In this document: positions 14,262 through 26,735 of the stretch, piece by piece
How positions within the stretch are numbered: the first letter of the stretch is position 1
How the letters are laid out: each line of letters begins with the position of its first letter
The notes under the pieces: generated by a model
What the model was told of the DNA's origin: nothing
The model's input: the letters and a program-made list of their open reading frames with translations, nothing else
The model's database searches: none
Source of the DNA: Camelus ferus
Lineage: Eukaryota
Direction: 5' to 3'
Length of the DNA stretch: 64,000 bases
NCBI RefSeq assembly: GCF_009834535.1
Contig: NC_045697.1
Location: forward strand, 88,600,001-88,664,000
Made by a program: the position numbers and the translations under genes

Positions 14262-14781
14262 TGTCCACTGAAATAAATGCACAGCGGGTTCGAGTTCCTT
14301 CATGGTCGCCAAAACTGTCGACTGAAATAAATGTGCAGCCTAAAAGTTGAGAGTTACGTTTTATTTGGCGGGAGGACTCGAGCTGGGATGACAGCCCCTC
14401 AGATCGCTCTGAGGGACGGCTCCAAAGAGGTAGGGGAGGAGCTGGGATATACAGGAGCTTTATAACCAAGACCAGGTAGTTGGAACAATAAAAGATTACT
14501 TATCTAAAGAAAACCAGGCATCTCAAGGTAAAGAATTCAGTGCTTTTCTATGTATGGGAGGAGGCAAACATCTGGGCTCATTGTATTCATTCCTTCGACA
14601 AGCACCTAGCTATCTAGGGCCAGTATCCTGTCCTTTCTTATTCTGAGTCCCCTCAGGGTGCACCACCGTGAGTGGCTGCAGAGACTGGGCTGCAGGCCTG
14701 TCCTCACTGGGGGTGGCAGCAGCCGCTGATGACTTGGTTTCAGCATTGTTTACCGATATGGTTGCAGTATTTTTGTTCACA
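14262..14781 (-). mobile_element. Solo ERV1 LTR (MER41-like cetartiodactyl family) with duplicated terminus and tRNA-Arg PBS
   Basis: TG...CA termini and a perfect 4-bp TSD CAGT (14258-14261, 14782-14785). Minus-strand AATAAA at ~14360. The motif tgtcgactgaaataaatgtgcagcctaaaagttgagagttacgttttatttggcgg recalls MER41-like LTR ends. Confidence 0.85.
14286..14311 (-). other. Extended primer-binding site complementary to the tRNA-Arg(UCG) 3' end
   Basis: Plus strand gggttcgagttccttcatggtcgcca matches recalled mammalian tRNA-Arg(UCG) positions 51-76 (GGGTTCGAGTCCCTTCGTGGTCGCCA) at 24/26, including the CCA. Confidence 0.8.
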
Positions 14782-17759
14782 CAGTACTGCACTTTCCATC
14801 TTACTCGTTTTATTATTTATTTGTGAACTCAGCTGGGTATGAATACGTAGACATTTTTCCTTTGAGTTTTCTCTTCCTCGTAAATCCAACGGAAAAGATT
14901 CTTCTCACACCTCTAAGAATATTATAACTGGCTGTCAAATCAATTACAAACACTAATTCTGCACCTATTGTATGTCTTTAATGTCCAGGACTCTGTTTTA
15001 TCCCACTTTCTAATAACTATCTTGGCTCTATCAACACAAATAAGAGTATCTACCACCAGGAGAAAGTCAGCAATCTCTCAGCCTAATCCCACTCGGTTTT
15101 GCATCCTGATTCTCTTTCCCACCTCACTCTTCTTAGTTGACTCAGGTCTTGCCTATATGACCAAAGCAAACCTTTGCTTAAACCTGTTTCCTACCTAAAA
15201 AGATCACCTTATTTCCGTTTAACTGTTCATGCCAATTTGTTTTAGTCTCCAAGAAGAAAAAAAAAAGTGAAAAAAGAAATCAGAAAAGGGAAGAGCCCCT
15301 GCCTTAGTTCTCCATTTCCTTTTCGTTTTTTCAAACAACTGAACTAATAACGTGGCTCTGCCTGAAATGAAGAAGATTCTGGATGTCCAGAGTATCTGGC
15401 TTCTTGCCTGTTTTGTCTCTGACATTTTGAGATGTTAATCACTTCTGCTTCTTTCTTTATCACTCTAATGATTTTCTATCAGTTTTCTTTATTATTGTCT
15501 TTCAGCTTCTTTAACTCTGCTCTTTCTCTTCAGCATCTCACTGAGCACTAATTCAGTCCCTTCTCGTCCTAGACACAGGGCTGTATCACCAGATCAACCT
15601 TCTCATTCTGCCATTAAGAGTAGATTTCTCCGCAAATCTTGTTCTTAGCTCTTGTAGCTCTTGTCCTTTTCTACCTTACTGTGTTGTTTTTAAATCCCCT
15701 ATTTCCTTCTATGCCTCAAATAACATCTCCATGAGAATTATTTCTGCATTTTATGAAGAACGCCAGGTGGTTAACCCACTTTTCCCTTAGACAGTTTAGC
15801 CTGTCCATAATTTGAGTCTCTAATCACTGGTTCTGCTCTATCACACAGTACACTGCAGGTCCACGGGCAAAGCCCAGCTCTGCACCCAGGCGTTCCTGGG
15901 CACTTTGCTAGCTTTGCGACAGCTGAGCAGTGGGAAATTGGGGAAGGTTATTACCTATGGCATATTGGAGAAGTTTCTTACCTTTCCCAAGATTTATTTT
16001 CCTCAGTAATTTGATGGGTATAATAATGATACTGCTTCAAGTTTAATTTAAAGATCACAAGAAGGAGAGTAGAAAGGTAGAAAATAAATCAAGAAATGCA
16101 GAAGAATAAAACCAATTAAGCAGAATGTCCCAAGATATGGATGGTTTGCAAAGACAACAGCGAGAGGAGGACCTCGGGAAAGCAGATACATCTAACAAAT
16201 GATTTGGCGACTTTGAAAGTTAGTTTTTGTTTTATTTTCATTTAGTAGGATTGTGTCTGCCATTTGCATGAAATCATTATTTTGGCTCATAGCCCAACTA
16301 TATATTTTATTCACCTCTCTTAATACAATAATTCAAGTTCCAAAAAAGGAAATTCACTTATTCTCGTATCTCCGGGTTTGTATATATACCAAAGCCATCA
16401 TTTCATGCAGAAAAACATGGCAATACTTTAGATTCATAGATATATTTGTGCCATAGATGTATTTCTTTTGTAATATACAGTATTTTGTGATCGTATATTT
16501 TAACCTAACTTGTTTATACTTCTTATCCCTATAAAACTGGAAACTTTTTTGACTAGCAAGTTTAGAAAAGATAAATGAATTAATTTAGTGAATCAAATAT
16601 GCTACACCAGCCAACATTTTCTTGGGAAATGTTCTTAAGACTACAATTGAATGAAAGCAAAAGGAGTCACTTTCATTCTAAAAAGACTTGAATTATTTAT
16701 GAAGATAAAAAATTCTCCAAGGTACATAAAGTTCTGGTAGAATTCATTCTGTATTCCAACTTTCTCTGTAAACCTTTGATATCTATGAAAGACAAATGCA
16801 CATACTGCATATATATACAATATATAATACAAGTATAATGATACATGTAATATAGTACTACATATATATTTGCCCATCAAAATTTTGAATTAGTTTTCAA
16901 GGATGAACTAACTTTTTCAAAGTTTAGAACATGATGGACTGCTACACTCTGGTAAAGTATAAGTATTATTTCCTTCTTGATTATCCACTAGTACTATTCC
17001 CTTTAATTATTTATTCTTCTGTAATATAGAATATTTCCTTAACAAAGACTTAGCCAATCACTGGTGCTTTTCATTTTTAGCTACAACAACCTTGTATACA
17101 CATTGAACCCAAATAATTTTTAGAGATCAAGATTTTTTTTAGCTCTTGAATCCTTTAAAGAAAATTTATTTAATGCTCACCAGTCACTATGGCTGAAGGA
17201 CTTGGCAGCTGAATGATTGTACTATTGGAAATAGAATGGGGGGCAGGGCTTAAAATCAAACTGGAATTTTTTTTCCTACTTTATGGGACCCTGAGAAAAT
17301 TCTAAAGGGCAAAGTTTGAAAATCATATATCAAATAACATTTACTTTATTTAAAGCAATTTGTTGGGATGCTTGTTTTTGTACACACAGAGTGTATGTCA
17401 AATGTTTTAACTTGGAATATATTAAGGAAAACACCTTAGCTAGGATGTAAGGCAACACAGATGAACCCATACAGTCCGAAGCAAGAAAATCCATTACATA
17501 CCTTGAAGAGAAGAAGAACTCAGTTTGGGATCAATATTATGCTGTAAATGTTTTATAAATAGATGGGTCAGAAAGTAAATGGAGAATGTCACAAATCTGT
17601 TAATAAAATGACATTGGTCTAGGTACGAGAAGCTAAGGAAACTGTAAATGCTTCAGGATAATTTTGGCTGCAAATAGCCTAAAAGTCTATTTAGAATCGC
17701 TTATATGCCAAAAGGGGGTCTACTGACTTTCATAAATTCAGCAACTCAGAAGTATAGTT

Positions 17760-18160
17760 AAGGATCTGGTTTCTTCTGACTTTACCTTTGGGGATAAACG
17801 CTTTAGGGCCCCAAGATGCCTGCAAAGATTGATAACCATGGCCAAATGTTTCCTCAATGATATCCGAAGAGGGGGAGCAGGGAGAGAAGTTCCTGGTAGT
17901 TCTCTTGAAGAACAAAGTAGCCACTTTCCTAAACAACCCATCACTTCAATTGAGTCATTTGCCCTTACCTGGATTAATTACTGTGGGAGGAGGGTGGACT
18001 TTGCTGAATGATTTAAACCAATCAGGGCCCACCTTTGGTGTTGAAAGTAGTGTCAGGGACTCTACTCACTGAGAACAGGAAACATCACTCAATGGAATGC
18101 TGGGAATATTTGGCAGAAAAAGAAGAAACAATTTGGGGAGAGGGGTGTTAAGCTGCAGGT
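17760..18160 (-). mobile_element. Old MLT1 (J/K/L-like) LTR remnant
   Basis: Motif gatttaaaccaatcagggcccacc, typical of old MLT1 LTRs. It explains the overlapping short ORFs here. Strand and bounds are approximate. Confidence 0.45.
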
Positions 18161-18279
18161 ATCTACCAAGCATAGAAGAGGTGATTGTGTCTGAGTGAAG
18201 TTTTTTCCCCGAGCGTGTACCTCTATTAAAGCCTTTGTTCCTGCTTCACTTCATTATGCTTGCTTCTCTCGTTAGAATG

Positions 18280-18490
18280 GCTATGTAGGGCAGTGGTTAA
18301 AAGCTGACCTGAAGCCCTAGTGTGAGTTCAAAACCTAACTCTATCACTTTCTAGCTACATCAGCTTGGGCAAATTACTCAATTTCTCTGTGCTTCAGTCT
18401 CTTCAACTTATATTATATCTAATAACAGTAGCTACCTACTATCATATTATGCAGCTTTTATAAATTAATCCATGTAAATTATTTAGAACA
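18280..18490 (+). mobile_element. MIR SINE
   Basis: gcagtggttaaaagc...gagttcaaaacctaactctatcactttctagcta...cttgggcaaattactcaatttctctgtgcttcagt. Confidence 0.75.
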
Positions 18491-18816
18491 ATACTGACCA
18501 TATAATTATTATTAAGTCAAACTTAATGGCTGCCATAGGAGATAGGATTTTGACATATGGCACATATGTATGTGTGTATATGTCTGTATATACAATATAG
18601 AATATAGAATATAAATTAATCTTTAAAGTATCTCTCAAATCAAAATCTTGCTTTTTTTCTGTCATCATTTTGTTTAAGCTTTTTGTCTTTGCTTTAGTAC
18701 CTCAATCCATCTAAATTATCTTATGTTGATAAAAGATTATTGCTTAATGTACCATGTTCATGCTTCCTCATCTTCCGTTTCCAGTGTTAACTTAGCAATT
18801 AAACTCTGCTGACCAT

Positions 18817-19329
18817 TGTATGACTGTTAGCATAACTGACACCATCTTGGGTTTGTTCAGTTTCTCTTGTCCTTCCACTGACCCTACCTAGAGCTGTACT
18901 GTGTAGTAAATCTCTTTCCTGTCATCAAGGGCTTTGTAGTTAATAGATATTGTTTAATGATCATTAGGTCCAGGTGGCCTCTATGCTCTGTTAGTCTCCA
19001 AACAATGATGAAGACCTTCCTTGACGTATTCCTGGCGCCCGCAAGACCTGTTACCCATTCATAAATCTTGACTTAGGAATGCATTTCCTGTTTCCAAGCA
19101 CATACCCCCATACCCTAAGTTAACCATAAAATTGTCCCAATGGCTTCTTGATGGTGATGAGTGCAGCTGCCAATGCTTCCCAATTGTTGCCCACCAGCTC
19201 CTCCCCTATGAGTAAGTTACCTTACAATAAACTGATCCATCGATTATATGGAGCTGCCTGCCTCATTTTTCCATCTCAAGATTCCTTCTCAGTTCAGTGG
19301 GCACTGTTTGTTCCCTCTGTCCGCCAACA
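18817..19329 (+). mobile_element. Solo ERVL-class LTR
   Basis: TG...CA termini, 513 bp, perfect 5-bp TSD ACCAT (18812-18816, 19330-19334). AATAAA at ~19225. Confidence 0.8.
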
Positions 19330-20684
19330 ACCATCTAGTATTTAAGGCCTGTTAGACAACCTCCATTTCCACATGTTCAATTAGACTAACTCCTGTTCCC
19401 CAGAGTGGCACGTTTTCTGAACTCCAGATCATTTCTCATATTGTTTCCTGCTTTTGTATGTTTCTTTTTCCATCTTTATCTTTTTACTAGATCTACCTTA
19501 AATAACACCTCCTCTATAAAAATTTCCAGATTTCTGACAACTGGATGTACACTAGAAGTTATTTTAATATTCCTCCAATCACAGAACTTAATTACTAACA
19601 CTCCCTACACTCTCTCAAACATTCAGCTACTACATGTGCAGCACCCAACATCCAAAGCCCAAAGTCTGCAGAGTTGGCTCCTGTGTTTACAGAGTTCATT
19701 GTCTTTGTTCCTTAAAATACAGCAATTACACTTGTTATTATGAGACTTAAAATGCTCTCTAAATCACTAAATTTACAAAAGAGCATTATATCTAAAAAAG
19801 GCTAATTGAATTTTTTTGAAATATAAAAGTAAATAGATGAAAAGACTACAATTGAATTAGATATTGAGGATGGAGTTTAAGAAACCAGGAAAATAAAGCA
19901 AAACAAAATCTAGAGTTATTCTGCACTCAGATCGTTTCATTAATATTTAAAAAATTACTATAGAAATAGCAATGAAAATTCCAGTTAGGGGCCTATGATT
20001 ACTATTTATACAAGAAAGACCTTGTAAGACAAGAACAGGACGGCTCTACTCAGAGAAAAGTCCTGCACTCTGTGTTAAAATGTAGGCAAATTGTTTTCTT
20101 CTCCCTGTTTAAAATTTAATTTAAATATGTAAGGTGGATATGTATTTTTAAATAAGTCTTTGCTTTAAAAAGTTAATCAACTTCCTTTACTAATCACTCA
20201 AATGAATAACCAGAAATTGCATTATTACATATATGCTGTTTTGGCATTCTTTATTTCTTAAATGTTCAGGAGCTGGGAGTATCAGAACAACAAAATACCT
20301 GTTCTTTAAATGAATTCAGATTCTATTGAACAGACAAGTATAAACACAATTACAAAACATTTGGGTAAAAGCTGATGGAGCTTTTCATTAACTACTATTG
20401 CTCTGTGAGTATCAAACCCTCCTCTAAAATGGAATCTCTGGAAGGCCCGCATTGTTTTTACTTCATATTCTGCCAAATTAAGGTTGTTGAATGGATGAAC
20501 TGAACTCAGTTTGAGACAGGGTAACGAAGCTAACAAAAAGTTATAACATCTAGAGGGTTGTAATATGTGAAAATCATTTTGCACTATGCATAGATAAACA
20601 AGAACATATTACCTTATTTAGCACAGCTTCGTGCAGAAAATATTCAGTTTAACAGTTCCTTATGTTTCCTATATTGAATAATAA

Positions 20685-20875
20685 TAGATATTAATCGAGT
20701 TCTAAGATCCAAGCACTAGTCTAAATGCTTCACAAGTATTAACTCAATTAGCAAGGAAACCCTAAGAATTTAGTTTTATTATCGTCCCCATAAAAAAATA
20801 GGATGATTTGCCCAAGTAACAGAGTAAGTGCAAAACCAGGATTCAAAACCACACAGTAAGGCTCTAGAGATCCTT
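20685..20875 (-). mobile_element. MIR SINE
   Basis: aagcactagtctaaatgcttcaca...attaactca...tattatcgtcccca...gatttgcccaag...ccaggattcaaaacc. Confidence 0.65.
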
Positions 20876-22065
20876 CTCCCAATTTCAACTGAGTATTTAT
20901 TCATTCAGTGGGCAATTGCAGAGGGTATATTTATTGTCAGTTACTGTGCTGGGTTTGGGGGCAAAAGAATGAATAAGATATAATCCTTTCTTTCAGAGAT
21001 TTGTTGTCAAATGAAGGGAGGCAAAATAAATAAATATGCAAAAATGGTAGAAGTTTTATTTTAGATACATTCACAAAAAGTATAAAGCAAAGAATGCTAA
21101 TCTCCTGGGGACATGTGGCATCTAAATAGAGTCTAATATAAATTTTAAAATTTTATTACAATCTGAGCTTCAAAGAAAAGTTGAGACTCATCCATGATCA
21201 TTGGTTAAGACAAATAAAAATAGGTGGAGAATATAAGTACAAATCTATATATTTGCTTTCATTTCTTAAGGATATTTAATGTGCTAATATTGAATTCCTA
21301 TAACTATACGTGGCTTTTATAGATAACATAAAATTTTGCAAGCTGTTTTATCATATGGACTAATGCCACTAAAAAGAATGCATTTCTGTGATGTGATGTG
21401 CAGTAAATAGCCACTAATTTCCCATATGTTGATTTATTCTGAGTCAACTATAACTTTTGATCAGGGATTGGAAGGATCCATCGTTTCCTCTTAAAAGTGT
21501 ACAATAGCTAACACAAATTCCCTGAACTGGGGGAAAAAAAGACTAATTTTAAAGTTTGTTTATATTGTCAGTATTTCATTTCACTGTAAAAGATGAATTT
21601 TAAGGGGAATGCTATCAGGAAAGCAAAATAGCAAAACATATCTATTTTAAGTACTGCCAAAGGAAGTAAAAATAAAGTATGTGCTAACATCGCACTTAAA
21701 ATTTTATTTTTAAAAATATTTACAGTGCTTATCATGCTGCTAGTGATGAGTAATTATGAAAGGAATAAAATACTAATCACAACCTTCATAGAAGACAGTA
21801 AAAGAGTTTGACACACTTGCTGCCATTCCCACAAGGACAATGTCGTGTAATAAAATATAGCCACTAAGTTCCAGCAAGTCCGAAAACTGACCTGCTTTTA
21901 TTTCACTTGTTAAGTATAAACATTTTTTGAGTTAAGATTTTCAAACTTTTTGGTGCTAAACATTTTTAGTAAACAGTAGTCAACTGAGTCAATCAAGCAT
22001 CTTACATTTTATATCAGGAATTGATGTAGAAAAAGTTCTAAATGCATTTCACCTTACAATAATAA

Positions 22066-22255
22066 GGTAGTCCCCCCTATTTACAAGGATAGGTTTCAAG
22101 ACCCCCAGCAGATGCCTAAAACGACAGATAGTACTGAACCCTATATATATATATGCTATGTTTTTTCCTATACGTATATACCTATGACAAAGTTTATTTC
22201 CTAAATTAGGCACAGTAAGAGATTAACAACAATAACTAATAATACAATAGAAAAA
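22066..22255 (+). mobile_element. Tigger2/MER28-like TcMar DNA transposon, left-end fragment
   Basis: gtagtccccccta...caagacccccagcagatgcctaaaac...gtactgaaccctatata...aaattaggcacagtaagagattaacaacaataac recalls the Tigger2-family terminus. Confidence 0.75.
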
Positions 22256-23036
22256 GATACAATTAAAAGAATCATTTTCCATCCCACAGTGCATTCAGGG
22301 ACACAGTGGCCTCAGCTTTGCCCACCATTTTCTGCTGTCCCAGAGACTTCTCATGAGCTCCTATTTTAGTTATATAGATCCATCCATTTCTGGCTTTTGT
22401 GACATCTCTAAGCCAGGTTAGTTCACTCTTTCAAAGCATACCCTTCTTAACAAAACCCTACTCACTGCTCAAGATCTAGCTCAGGAACAACACCCTAGAC
22501 GCGAGTCAACCACTTTGAGCTATAGTGAATCTATAATTTAAACGATAACACCACATATTTAGTTAATCAGAATGTGAAAAAAATTGTATATACTTGGCTG
22601 AAAAATGTGTATATCTTGGCTGAAATAGTAATTGATATTCTAAGCAACGTCCACTATTTTGGAAGCGACTACACTGTTTATTCTAGCCAGGATGTGCTTA
22701 TATGTTACACTGTTACGTAAGGAAAGGGGTCCAGAGGGTCTGGTCAGCCTTAGTTACATGAGGAGCCTCAAAAATTAGGAGAATTGGGGAATCAAGTTAC
22801 TTATCAGCCCTAGAGAGAAAGCTGTTTCCCCTGAAACATTTATTCCACCTCTAATCTGTCCCAGATACTCTAGCAGAGATTACTTTAACCTTTGAAATAA
22901 CTTGGTGAAGTTCATTTCTCTAATTAACTGATGATTAAACTGATGGATGGAGAAATGAGGTAACCTCGCAAAGCTCACAGAGCTGGTGAATCACAGGGGA
23001 AGGGTTTAAATCTAGATGTCTCCTTCCCTTTGCCAG

Positions 23037-23081
23037 GTAACGTGAACACCCGGTAACAAGTACGAGCTCCCTGGAACTGGT
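23037..23081 (+). other. Candidate 45-nt non-coding/recursive-type exon
   Basis: Acceptor tctccttccctttgccag, exon begins GTAACG, donor gtgagt at 23082-23087. Stops occur in all three frames. Confidence 0.3.
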
Positions 23082-26000
23082 GTGAGTCTGTGGGAGCCAG
23101 GCTTGTGAAATTAACTCTTGTGGTCACTTGGAATGACCTTCCAGTTGCAGACTGTTTCAAGTCTGTAATAACTTTAGCAAAAAGTGCACAGTCAGGGCAA
23201 CTGTGAAAACTTAGTTTCCTTACCGGCTCGGTTTTAGCTTTTAAGGCAGAATCAGAGTTTTGCTGATCTGCCTGAGTCATGTGCTTCTATTTAAGGAGGC
23301 TTGAATTTAGCTGAAGAGAGAAGCAGGATGCGTGAGGGAGATGGTTAGAAACATCCCTTTGTCTCTCTTTCAAAGCACACTCTTCTGCCCAAATTATGGC
23401 TTTGAAGTTAGGGGAACAGACAAGGAGAAGACATAGCCAAATTCTCAGTATTATTTCATGTAACATAAACTATCGGAGGGCTTAACTAATTGAAGTTGAG
23501 ATAAACCATAGTCACATGCACTTTGTGACTAAGTGGAAAACATTTCCATTACTTTCATTTCTGACTTTGAATCATTACTATCCAAATTTTATTTTATCAC
23601 CAAACTCAATGCTATTCTTGAATCCAATCTTCTATTGCCACTGAAATGAGTTTCTTTAATGCAACTTGTGAATTCTATTACCTATATTAAAAACATGTTT
23701 GAAACATTTGTTTTAAAAATACCATAAATTTGGAACAATTTTGCATTTTAATTGTAAACGTGGTATTTTTCACTATTTTTAGAAGCCCTCAACACATAGT
23801 TCCATATAATCAAGAGATCCCTTTGTTTCCTCTGCAGTCTCATTATAGCAGTTGATTGTTGTAAAATGAATTGGTAGATACAGATGATAAATTCAAGAAT
23901 TTCTGATAATTTAAAAATAACTTGTCTGCAGTGTGCAGGTATAAGAGGTAACTAACACGCAGAATTTGGGAGTTGCTCTGTAATGAATGCACTTTTATCT
24001 CTTTCTTTCAAGCTGGGTATTGGAAGGTGACTTGGTAGCACTCAAGTTCACATGGTCAGATCCTCAATTTTCTAGTTTGTGAGACCAAACTCTTTTAGTG
24101 TAATTATACTCTACCTGGATTTCATGTCTTAAATAATTCCAGTGAAACTCAGTCATGACACGCACGTATCAGAATGCCAGTTCAGTGTGTACTTCAATTC
24201 GACAAGGGTAAAATGCTCCTGTGTGGTACTCATGCCACCCCCTTCTTGGTGTCAGGGTGTCTGGAGAGCAAACTAGGAAGCAAAAGATTGGGTAGTGGCA
24301 GTGAGAAAAGGAAAGAGTTAGACTGCCCAGCCCAAGAAAGAAACAGAAATGTAATGGGTATGAGTGTGATAAAGCTAGGTATTTAAGAAAGTTTAGTGGT
24401 ACAAATTGTATACATTCAGCTGTATTATTGATTAAGCAGAATTTCCTAGACTACCATAAACATCTTTAACTTCCTTTTTTTTTTTTTCGGTCTCATACAT
24501 GAGGAAATGTGTCTGGATCTAACTAAGCGATGAATACAACCAGTTTATATACATTGTGGACCCTAGCTCTTGAGAGCTTCTGTTTCCTTTTGTCCACTTT
24601 GAATCCTGTATCTTATTGATTTTAATAATGAAATAAAATCAACCAAGTCTAAAATTAAACTAGAAAAGAATTTGTTCTACTGATTTTTATTTTTACAAAG
24701 TGAGGTAATCTTTTTTAATCCACACCACACTGAATGATCAGATTCCTTCCCTGGTCTTACCCTTTCCATTGTTTTCCTATGGTCGTACAATTTTCCCCTT
24801 TGTTTCCAGCTTGATTTGATTTAACCATGAGTAGTGCTAAAGCACCTTCATTATTGAAAGTCGATGCTTATTTTTATTCTTTTGTTCTAGAAATGTACCT
24901 AACTTAAAAACAAGAGCATGTGTTATCCATGCCCAAACCATCTTATTAGAAACACCCTACTTTCCGACTGACAAGACATGGCACTAAATATGTTATTTGC
25001 TCCATCGCTTAGCTGCATTAAGCTGTAAAGAGCATTTGATTCAGCAAAGGCAGCTGGTGATATGAATGCAATGTCAACCACTACCGTGGCTATAAAAAAA
25101 GACAGATTAAGTTCATAACTGTGGCCATAACCTTGGTCTAATAAAATAAAACAAAATCAGGCCCATTATGGTGTGTTTATTGCCATCTGTTACTAAATAC
25201 TTCATTTAGATGATTCTGGAACAGCTTCATAGCCTTCACACTGAGCCAGCTGTCTATGAAATGCAAACCTCAGAGGAATTAGAAAAACATTAAATTAACT
25301 CACATAACAAATGCAAATTCTCTATGTTCAGACATGCTATACTCTCAGTTTATGATCTCTGATTTTTCCCTGAGTGTGATTTCTATCCTGGTGAGAAGTC
25401 AGCAAGAGTTTGTGGATGACCATTTACTATATTCTACACTCATATGGAACCTATGACCTTTATACAGACAATTTAAGCATAGCTGTTCTTCATCACTCAT
25501 CTTTGAAGGACCCCCCTTCCCCTCTAGTTTTTGGAGGATAAAATTAAAACACAGGCAACATGCAATGGATTATAGCACTGAGCTTGAGCAGACCAAAATA
25601 ATGTATCCTGGTAGTTCCAGGAATAATAATTCACCAAGGGGACAAGAGGAGACTCAGTTACACCTGCTCACAGGGGAGCCTGTAGATGTATCCAGGAATT
25701 GAAGAATAGTGAGAAAAAGGATAAATGGTCATCATACTTTGCTTTGATTAAATTTCTGATTAAAATACGTATGCATACTTAATGTGTACATGTCTCTGCA
25801 TGTATGTGTATGTACACACACATACTAGGTATGTGTACCCACATAATTTTTCTCTCTTGTGTAGATGTCTTTGCTTAACAAAATATAGTTTTTCATTTGC
25901 TGAATGGCCTTTGTACTCAGTAATAACTTTTTCAAAAATAATACACTCAAACTAAATAATTTATTTGAAGGTAAGAGTCAAGCTGGGATATCTTCAGAGA

Positions 26001-26534
26001 AAGAGATATAAAATATTTGTTTGTTTTTTAATTAGAATATATAGCTTAAAATGAGGCAGGAAAATATCCAATTACTGGCTCTAGAATACCATGGGAAAAA
26101 CAAGAAAAAACAAAAACAGAAGCCCTGTTGCCAGAACTAAATACAAGGAATAAGATAAAATTTAATTCAATTCTGAGCAATCTGACTTTAAAAATTAATA
26201 TTTCTTTAATTTCTCCCAATTAAAGACACAATTGGTCCCCAAACCTAAGGTAGATCTGTTCTGTTGGCAGGTGTGAGTCAAAAGACCACAGCTTTGGAGA
26301 GAGGACGCTACGGAGCCTGGTGACAGCAAGGTTAGACTAATCACCTACTCTGTGTGCTCAAATCTAAATCCATTTGACAGTTTTACTTCATTCACATTTT
26401 TTTTGAAATTCATCTTTAAAAGCTATTTTTAAGATAATTTAAATCTCTATGAGAAGTTCTTAGTCTCAATGTGTATGTATATATTATTGTTACCATCTTT
26501 AAATTCACCTTATCAGAAGTAGAAGCAAAAACTT

Positions 26535-26735
26535 TCCAGCAGACATAGAATGTGGAAGCGGGAAAGACTCAAAGATATAATCATATCTACTCCCCTCAAG
26601 TTACTAGTGACAAAAATGATGTCCAGAAATTTTAACTGACTTGTCCAAAGCCACGAAACCAGTTCACGGCAGAAAGGGAACTAGATCGAGTCTCTGGAAC
26701 CCTGATCCAGTCATCCCCAAGTACATCATGCTGCC
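26535..26735 (-). mobile_element. MIR SINE remnant
   Basis: aactgacttgtccaaagccac...cagaaagggaactaga...cctgatccagtc...catgctgcctc. Confidence 0.6.

Noticed and set aside
14286..14311. tRNA-Arg gene
   Set aside because: Only the 3' 26 nt are present, with an encoded CCA, inside an LTR. This is PBS-derived.
14340..14781. Interferon-responsive STAT1 enhancer, as known for some MER41 LTRs
   Set aside because: I did not find a clear TTCnnnGAA motif in this copy.
17730..18072. Cluster of four overlapping ORFs
   Set aside because: They overlap an old MaLR-like remnant and have no coherent splice structure or known protein similarity.
22575..22625. Short tandem duplication (tgtatatacttggctgaaa x2); similar ones at ~31141, ~34290 and ~48178
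   Set aside because: These are two-copy slippage duplications. There is no repeat-spacer array, so they are not CRISPR-like.
22975..23280. 101-aa minus-strand ORF with internal donor CCG|gtaagg
   Set aside because: The peptide is unrecognised, there is no promoter or CpG island, and its 3' part runs into a MIR-like remnant.
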